Positions 57,946 through 64,000 of a DNA stretch of 64,000 bases are shown here, in pieces (the stretch's first letter is position 1; each line of letters opens with the position of its first letter). A program made the translations under genes and the position numbers. The notes beneath the pieces were generated by a model, which searched no databases, was not told the origin of the DNA, and saw only the letters and a list, made by a program, of their open reading frames with translations. Source of the stretch: Myxococcales bacterium (GTDB taxonomy: Bacteria; Desulfobacterota; Binatia; HRBIN30); NCBI GenBank assembly GCA_037445065.1, contig JBBILD010000010.1:32001-96000 (forward strand). The letters run 5' to 3'.

Positions 57946-59284
57946 GCTCGGTCACCTCGATTTCTCCTCGCTCGTGCGCCGCAACGGCTTTTTGCCAACG
58001 ATTGCGCGTGCAAACACTTCCCGCCGGCAGCACGAGGCGTGCCACGGTTCCCTGCCCGGCGGCCGATTCCAGCTCGAGTCGCCCGCCGATTTGCTCCATC
58101 GTGGAGCCCGCCAAGAACAAGCCTAGTCCGATTCCCTGGCCGGGTGGTTTGGTGGTGAAAAACGGCTCGCCGGCATGCGCCAACACCTCTGCCGGCATTC
58201 CCGCACCACAGTCGCGCACCTCCAAGCACAGTTGTCCGTTGCGTTGCGACAACCCGACCTCCACGACATTGCCTCCAGTCGATGCCTGCACTGCGTTCTT
58301 GACCAAGCTGCGTAACGCACGCCGCAACGCCTGCACCGGCACCGATACGCGTTGGCCCGCGACCTCCGGCGCCACGTGCACGCGAATACGGATCTTCTCT
58401 TCCCCCCACTGGCTCACCCCGGCAAGCAGCTCACTGGCCTCGACTTCTTGCGCCGCCTCGCCCACGCCGTTGCCAGCTTCCACCGCCATTTGCTGCAGGA
58501 TTTCTTGGCAGCGCCGCACCTGCTGCCGAATCAAGCGAACGTCCTGAATCCACTCGGCACCCCCCTGGGCGGCAGATCGTTCGAGTTCCTTTGCCGCTAC
58601 GGCGATTGTCGAGAGCGGGGTGCCGAGTTCGTGCGCCGCACCGGCGGCCATGGTCGCCAGCGAGGCAAAGCGGATCTGGCGTTGGGCGAGGTCACGCGCT
58701 GCCTCCAGTTCGGCTTCGCGCTCTGCCAGCGCTTGTTGAACCCGCGCCACGAAGTACACCACGAACAGCGCGCTCACGGCAAACGCCACATACATGCCGT
58801 ACAAGTGCCAGTGCAGGTGATGACTGTGCACGGCTTCACTGGGCAGCTCACCGTCCCATGCCGGAAGCACGAACAAAGCTCCGAAGCCGGCCAACGCAAC
58901 GCAAGCAAGCAACCATGCGGAACGCGGCTGCAAGGTGGCCGCGGCCAGCGCGACATGCACCATATAGAGGAAAGAAAATGGGTTCAGCGGCCCCCCGGTC
59001 AGATAGAGCAAAGCGGTGAGCAGCAGCACATCGACAGCCAGCAACCCGGTAAGCCAGCCTTCGGTCGGTGACTTGCGGCTGGCTACCCAGTGCCCGAGCA
59101 GGTTGCTAGCGGCTTCGAACCCAACGACTGCAACCAGCGGTAGCCAAGGAAGCCGCATCCCCAGAGCGAGTTCCACCGCCGTAAACACCAACAGTTGCCC
59201 GGCAACCGCCACCCACCGCAGGCGGAGTAGCCAGGCAAACTGGATTCCCTCTGCAGATGAAGCGCTCGGCTTCGGTACTCGCAT
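57917..59284 (-). CDS. regB: RegB/PrrB/ActS family sensor histidine kinase
   Basis: LRWVAVAGQ, quinone-binding GGPLNPF, H-box AHELGTPL, redox Cys in RRCQEIL, GEPFFTTK, GLGLFL. Confidence 0.92.
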   Translation of the reverse strand: MRVPKPSASSAEGIQFAWLLRLRWVAVAGQLLVFTAVELALGMRLPWLPLVAVVGFEAASNLLGHWVASRKSPTEGWLTGLLAVDVLLLTALLYLTGGPLNPFSFLYMVHVALAAATLQPRSAWLLACVALAGFGALFVLPAWDGELPSEAVHSHHLHWHLYGMYVAFAVSALFVVYFVARVQQALAEREAELEAARDLAQRQIRFASLATMAAGAAHELGTPLSTIAVAAKELERSAAQGGAEWIQDVRLIRQQVRRCQEILQQMAVEAGNGVGEAAQEVEASELLAGVSQWGEEKIRIRVHVAPEVAGQRVSVPVQALRRALRSLVKNAVQASTGGNVVEVGLSQRNGQLCLEVRDCGAGMPAEVLAHAGEPFFTTKPPGQGIGLGLFLAGSTMEQIGGRLELESAAGQGTVARLVLPAGSVCTRNRWQKAVAAHERGEIEVTEHGRGSRAGS

Positions 59285-59354
59285 GGCGCCAGCTGTGCTC
59301 GGCTCAGCACTATGGCAAAGCGAACAAGCCAGAGCGAGGTGTTCGGGCCAGTGC

Positions 59355-59369
59355 GCGACATCTTGCCGC
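59355..59369. promoter_or_regulatory. candidate RegA/RegR binding site
   Basis: GCGACATCTTGCCGC versus the RegR box GNGRCRTTNNGNCGC (one mismatch), in the 122-bp gap between regB and the divergent gene. Confidence 0.65.
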
Positions 59370-59406
59370 ATCCCGCGGCTTGGTGCCACTCGCTATCGGA
59401 CGTGCG

Positions 59407-60426
59407 ATGCAACACACGCGCTCGGTTGCCTTTGTACTGACCCTGCTCGCAAGCATCGCCGCGGGCCCCGCGCAGGCGTGCGACATCTGCGCGATTTACA
59501 CCTCCACCGAAATGCAGGAAGCCCGCACCGGGCTCCGTCTCTCGGTCGCCGAACAGTTCACTCGTTCGACCACTCTCCAACGCGATGGAGAAGAGGTGGA
59601 AAACCCCAATTCCGAGCGCCTGGAGAGTTCGATCACCCAAATAGTGGCGGGATACGCGCCTCACCCGCGCCTGCTCCTTCAAGTCAACCTGCCCGTGATC
59701 CACCGTGGATTCCGCCGCTTGGAAGCCGGCGGTGTGGCAAGCGGTGCGGAAAGTGGCATCGGCGACATTTCGCTGCACGCCCTCATGACCGCGTGGTCGC
59801 ACGTGTCGGAAAACTCCCTGCAGCGGATCAGCCTTCTCGCTGGGGTCAAAGTTCCCACTGGTAGCCCCAGTCGCCTGCGGGAAGAGATCGAGGAGAACCA
59901 CTCACACAGCGATCAGGCAGCCATTCCAGACCCGTTCCGCTCCCGGCTCTATCCACGCCACAGTGGAGAAGCGGTGGAAAGCGGCATCCACGGTCACGAC
60001 CTCGCTCTCGGCACAGGCTCTACCGACGTGATCCTCGGCCTGCACGGGCTGGTTACGTACAAGCGTTGGTATTGGAACGGCTTTACCCAGTACTTCGTGC
60101 GTACCGAGGGGTCTTTTGACTACACCTTTGCCAATGAACTCATCGTCAGCGGTGGCCCGGGTTACTTCGTGCTGCTCGACCATCGGCAGTCGCTCGGCTT
60201 GCAGTCACTGCTGACGTTGGACACCAAAGGTACGGATAGCCAAGCGGGCCGCCGGCTCCCCGACACCGGCGTTACGTTTCTGTATGCTGGGCCCGCCGCG
60301 CACTGGACATGGGGGACGCAACTCAGCGTAGACGCAGCTGTGGACATCCCCGTGATCCGCAATAACACGGACCTGCAGATCGTACCGGACTTTCGCTTGC
60401 GCGGTGGCCTCACCTGGCGTTTCTGA
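59407..60426 (+). CDS. putative outer-membrane beta-barrel with N-terminal CxxC and His-rich loop
   Basis: Signal AQA|CDIC, GIGDI, GVKVPTG, HSH...HGHDLALGTGS.D, C-terminal LTWRF. Confidence 0.75.
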   Translation: MQHTRSVAFVLTLLASIAAGPAQACDICAIYTSTEMQEARTGLRLSVAEQFTRSTTLQRDGEEVENPNSERLESSITQIVAGYAPHPRLLLQVNLPVIHRGFRRLEAGGVASGAESGIGDISLHALMTAWSHVSENSLQRISLLAGVKVPTGSPSRLREEIEENHSHSDQAAIPDPFRSRLYPRHSGEAVESGIHGHDLALGTGSTDVILGLHGLVTYKRWYWNGFTQYFVRTEGSFDYTFANELIVSGGPGYFVLLDHRQSLGLQSLLTLDTKGTDSQAGRRLPDTGVTFLYAGPAAHWTWGTQLSVDAAVDIPVIRNNTDLQIVPDFRLRGGLTWRF

Positions 60427-60439
60427 CTGCCGACCAGCC

Positions 60440-60934
60440 ATGCGGTGCCGATTTCTTGCAACTGCCTGCTTGCTCGTCATCGCCCCACCCGTACTTGCCT
60501 TGGCCCGTGCCGCAGACGCGCTGCCGGCCTTGCAAGTGGAAGATCTAAGCGGCCAGCCACTGTCCTACGATCCGCCGCAATCCGCGCTCGCCATCCTGCA
60601 AACCTGGGCGTCGTGGTGCGCGCCGTGTCACGAGGCCATCCCGTTTTTGCGCGAACTGCAGCGCCAGTTTCCTCGACTGCAGCTCGTACTCATCAACGTT
60701 GACACAGAACGCCCAAAGGCACTGGCCGCACTGAAGGAAATCGCACCGAACCCCGACGGGGTCACCCTGTTGTTCGACCCCAGTGGACAGGTGTTGCAGC
60801 GCCTGCGCGTTCCCGGGATGCCCGCCACCATCGTTGCTATCCGAGGCAAAGCGCAATTGATCGAGGTAGGCTTCAATGATCAGGTGCGAGAGCGAATCCG
60901 CGCTGCGGTCGAACAAGCGCTGTCAGCTCGGTGA
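60440..60934 (+). CDS. TlpA family thiol-disulfide oxidoreductase
   Basis: Signal peptide, WASWCAPC, INVD, GMP cis-Pro loop. Confidence 0.9.
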   Translation: MRCRFLATACLLVIAPPVLALARAADALPALQVEDLSGQPLSYDPPQSALAILQTWASWCAPCHEAIPFLRELQRQFPRLQLVLINVDTERPKALAALKEIAPNPDGVTLLFDPSGQVLQRLRVPGMPATIVAIRGKAQLIEVGFNDQVRERIRAAVEQALSAR

Positions 60935-62053
60935 ATCAGCTTGCGCGGAAATCCCCCGGGGCGGCGGCTGCACGAGCACGGAGACGATGCGGCGGCCCTG
61001 CACTCGCTCCACGGTAAAGCGCACGCCTTCGAGTTCGACGCTAGCCCCGGGGTCCGGGATTCTGCCGGCAAGCCCGAACACCAGGCCACCCACCGTGTTC
61101 CAACTCGCATGCGGGAGGCTCATTCCCAAGAGCTCGTTCAGGTCCACGATCGGCACACTGGCTTGTACCCGCAAGCGCCCATCGGGAAGGCGCTCGATTT
61201 CTGGTGGCTCGCGGTCGAATTCGTCAGCGATTTGGCCGACCAGCTCCTCGATGACATCCTCGAGAGTCACCAACCCGACCACGGAGCCGTACTCATCGCT
61301 CACCATGGCGAGGTGAAAGCGCCCGTGCCGCATCTCTGCCAAGAGTTCTGCCAGCGGCTTCGATTCCGGGACGAAATGCACCGGCCGCGCGACTTCCTGT
61401 ACCGGACGCTGTCGCTCTCCGCGCACCAGCAACGCGAGGACATCCTTGGCGTGCACGACTCCTTCGGTGTTGTCCAGGTCTCCCCGATACACCGGCAGGC
61501 GAGACACGCCGCTTTCGAGAACTCTCACGGCTGCTTCCTCGGCACTCGCAGCCACCGGCACGGCAACGATGTCTGGTCGCGGCACCATGACGTCCCGGGC
61601 CGTTCGTTGACCGAGGCGCGAGCCGAGGGCCACCGGCCAGGACGGACTGGCCGGCCCCTGCGGAACCACTGCCACCGGCGTTTCGCGCCGCCCCTCCTCA
61701 TCGCTCGGTACATCCGATCGCGCCGGCACTCCCAAGCCGCCCCATAGCCACCAGCGGCCGACCCGCTCGATCCAAGTGAGTTCCCGCTGCGGCTCGGGTG
61801 CGAACAAGTAGCGCACCAAGGCGCGCCCCAAGGCGGCAGGCAAAAGCAGTAGAAACAATCCGCTGAGCAGTGCAGTCATGACCCAACGGCCGAGCCACCA
61901 CTGCAATGCCAGCACCAGCAGGACGGCAAGCAGTCCCACGCCAAAACCAAGGAGCGCCGCTACCCCCACGTGCCGGATCCACGGGTCGGGGGTGCCCTGT
62001 AGCTCCCGTTTCGAGCCGGGCCGCGATTGCGGCGCCCCCGCAGCCTCGATCAA
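60923..62053 (-). CDS. hemolysin/CorC family protein (TM, CBS pair, CorC_HlyC)
   Basis: VMVPRPDI, SRLPVY, VSDEYG..GLVTLEDVIEELVG.I.DEFD, TVGGL. Confidence 0.9.
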   Translation of the reverse strand: MIEAAGAPQSRPGSKRELQGTPDPWIRHVGVAALLGFGVGLLAVLLVLALQWWLGRWVMTALLSGLFLLLLPAALGRALVRYLFAPEPQRELTWIERVGRWWLWGGLGVPARSDVPSDEEGRRETPVAVVPQGPASPSWPVALGSRLGQRTARDVMVPRPDIVAVPVAASAEEAAVRVLESGVSRLPVYRGDLDNTEGVVHAKDVLALLVRGERQRPVQEVARPVHFVPESKPLAELLAEMRHGRFHLAMVSDEYGSVVGLVTLEDVIEELVGQIADEFDREPPEIERLPDGRLRVQASVPIVDLNELLGMSLPHASWNTVGGLVFGLAGRIPDPGASVELEGVRFTVERVQGRRIVSVLVQPPPRGISAQADSPS

Positions 62054-62076
62054 ACGACCTCCCTCTACTGTTGTGA

Positions 62077-62745
62077 TTACTCCCTCCCCGTCCTGGCGGG
62101 CTCGCCCCCGGCATCCGGCTCGGGCACCCCTGCCGCCTTGCTAGCCGCCCCCGGCTTCTCCAACTCCGCCCAGAAAAAGCCGCGAAGTTCGCCGCTGCGA
62201 AAACCCACAGCCCGGTCCGTCGGATGGAGCCGCTCGAGGGCCGCTTGCAACTCGGCGGGAAACCCCCGCCGCTCCCCGTGACAGGTCAGGCACACCCCTC
62301 CCGTAGCGATCGGGTGCAGCACGCCGATGGAATCCCCTAAGTCGAACCACACCGGCTCCACCTCATTCGCCGGCTTGCCCGCCATCTCGACTACGTACTG
62401 GTACGCCCACGGGCGCGGTGCGTTGTCGGGGTTGCGCAAGCGGTCGCTGGTCCTCCCCAAAGCGATCTTTTGTTCGCTGGCCACGCTACGCGCCAGAGCC
62501 GCCGCCTCTTGCTTGCACACTTCGACCGCACCAGCCGGACCCTTGGCAGCGATCTCCGCGGTCAAGCGCTGCTGCAATCGCTGTTGAAGCGTACGAAACG
62601 CGCTCTCCGCCTGAGCTACGCGCGGGCGCCACCCGGCGGGTAGCTCCCGCATCGCGCGCGGGACGGCTGACTCTGCCTGTGCCAGCACCGCCAGCAAAAC
62701 CAAAGCGACTGCGCCACAAACCCAGCCACGAAGTCCGCGGGCCAT
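62077..62745 (-). CDS. DUF3365 (Tll0287-like) c-type cytochrome
   Basis: Signal peptide, AVEVC, RTSDRLRNPDNAP, heme motif CLTCH, GFRSGELRG. Confidence 0.88.
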   Translation of the reverse strand: MARGLRGWVCGAVALVLLAVLAQAESAVPRAMRELPAGWRPRVAQAESAFRTLQQRLQQRLTAEIAAKGPAGAVEVCKQEAAALARSVASEQKIALGRTSDRLRNPDNAPRPWAYQYVVEMAGKPANEVEPVWFDLGDSIGVLHPIATGGVCLTCHGERRGFPAELQAALERLHPTDRAVGFRSGELRGFFWAELEKPGAASKAAGVPEPDAGGEPARTGRE

Positions 62746-62906
62746 GGCCCTTCCTATCACACCACCGCCCGAGCCGAGCAAGAGCCGAAGCTGCGAGCGG
62801 AGCGGGCGGTCCCTGTGCGCAACGCGGGCCACGACCGAGAAAAAAATTTTTTGAAGCTTGCCGGGCGGCAAGCGTCTGACCTGGGGTTGTTGCGGAGGAA
62901 AGACTC

Positions 62907-63302
62907 ATGGGCGTGTTGCTAGTGATTGACGATAACGTCAACGCGCGGGTGATTTGCGAGGTTCTGCTCGAATCGCGCGGCGAGAGCTGCCGCTTCTGTG
63001 GCCAACACGAACCACACGCTTGCGCGGCGGTGCTGGCCGGCGGTGCAGTTGCGATTGTGGAGGCAGACTTGACCGATGGAACGAGTGTCGAACGCCTTCG
63101 CCACACTCTGCATACCGTGAAGGAAGCGGCACGCCCACCGTCGGTGGTGGTCATCAGCGACGATGGCGCGCGCGTTCGCCAGGCGGGTTTGGCAGCTTGG
63201 GCAGACCGCGTGCTCCCCTCTGCAGCTGTCGGGCAAGATCTCTTGCCCGTGCTCGACGCTTTGCGCAGCCAGCAGCACGGGGCCGTCTCCGGCGTCTCGT
63301 AA
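62907..63302 (+). CDS. stand-alone degenerate receiver-domain protein
   Basis: RBS GGAGG, LLVIDDN, beta/alpha pattern of a REC fold. Confidence 0.6.
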   Translation: MGVLLVIDDNVNARVICEVLLESRGESCRFCGQHEPHACAAVLAGGAVAIVEADLTDGTSVERLRHTLHTVKEAARPPSVVVISDDGARVRQAGLAAWADRVLPSAAVGQDLLPVLDALRSQQHGAVSGVS

Positions 63303-63698
63303 GTGGCTTCCTTTGGCTCGGGTCGGCCGCGGCCCACCCGGCGCCTGGGCTCCGAACCGTGTTTCCTGAGTCCACGGCGTGGCAATGCAAGAACCGCTTG
63401 CGCGGAGACAACGGGCGCGATCCTGACCGCGCAACCGCAAGGGCTGCCCCTGGACATTCAAGCTGCGTTGCCACCTGCAGCCGCGAGACGCACTCCCGCA
63501 TGCCATCCATGACCAGCCGCGGCGTCGCGGCCCATGGCGCCCTGTCGGGTCGCGTGGCCCCTGCGTAAGAATCTTTCTGTCTGCTTGCCGCCCGCGGGCG
63601 ATTGCACGGGCCAAAGTGCGTTCTCCCAATTCCCATGTTTCGCCGAGCTGCACGCTTACCCCCGGGCGCTCTCGCCGCTCGAGGTCGCACGCCCCACG

Positions 63699-64000
63699 CT
63701 AGCGAGCCTGCCGCCCCTGCCTGTCGCGACCCCGTGCCTGGTCTCGTGCAACGCGCGCAGGTGAGGTCGCGGCGGCTTCCGCTTCTCTGCCATCCCGCAG
63801 CTTGCGGCGAAAGGCCGCTGGTGTTGTCTTCGCCCAGCGCCGGAAGGCACGGGTGAGATTCGCGGCATCGGAGTAACCAAGCCGTTCCGCAATCTCCTCC
63901 ATGGAGAGGGAGTCGTCGTGGAGAAGGCGAATCGCCTCCGTGTAACGCAGCTCATCCGCCAATTGCGAGTAGGAAGTGCCGCATTGGGCCAGGCGCCGTT
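63699..64000 (-). CDS. AraC family transcriptional regulator, C-terminal part (truncated by window edge)
   Basis: RRLAQCGTSYSQLADELR...EIAERLGYSDAANLTRAFRRW..TP. Confidence 0.9.
   Translation of the reverse strand, partial: RRLAQCGTSYSQLADELRYTEAIRLLHDDSLSMEEIAERLGYSDAANLTRAFRRWAKTTPAAFRRKLRDGREAEAAATSPARVARDQARGRDRQGRQAR

Noticed and set aside
63303..63698. Possible small genes between the receiver and AraC genes
   Set aside because: Only low-complexity overlapping ORFs without motifs.

Overview
High-GC bacterial chromosomal window with about 55 CDS. I found no rRNA, tRNA, CRISPR array, integrase or transposase. Gene content (many acyl-CoA enzymes, a CxGDC dockerin-like module, a myxobacterial-style kinase) suggests Candidatus Binatia or a related 'deltaproteobacterial' lineage; this is an inference. 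Ordinary parts are aguB-aguA, proA-nadD-rsfS-lapAB-like, envelope folding factors and lipid/terpene-type acyl-CoA catabolism. Five loci stand out. (1) A periplasmic NXR-type (Nitrospira/anammox-like) molybdoenzyme operon (alpha, beta, heme-b gamma, TorD chaperone, alginate-export-type porin) behind a candidate sigma54 promoter. (2) A self-contained signalling cassette: a secreted 12-Cys tandem-repeat protein with a sigma54-like promoter and palindromic UAS, a divergent GAF-AAA+ enhancer-binding protein with GAHSTA in place of GAFTGA, and a non-RD Ser/Thr kinase-NTPase-helical repeat protein. (3) An orphan AEP primase-polymerase with a PriCT-like, 4-Cys C-terminus and no mobile-element context. 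(4) An overlapping MmgE/PrpD plus HSA32-type ComA-family gene pair following an Atu/AccD2-like carboxylase operon. (5) RegB/RegA with a His-rich loop and a near-consensus RegR box before a CxxC/His-rich outer-membrane protein and TlpA. All family calls come from motif recognition by eye; no database search was run.
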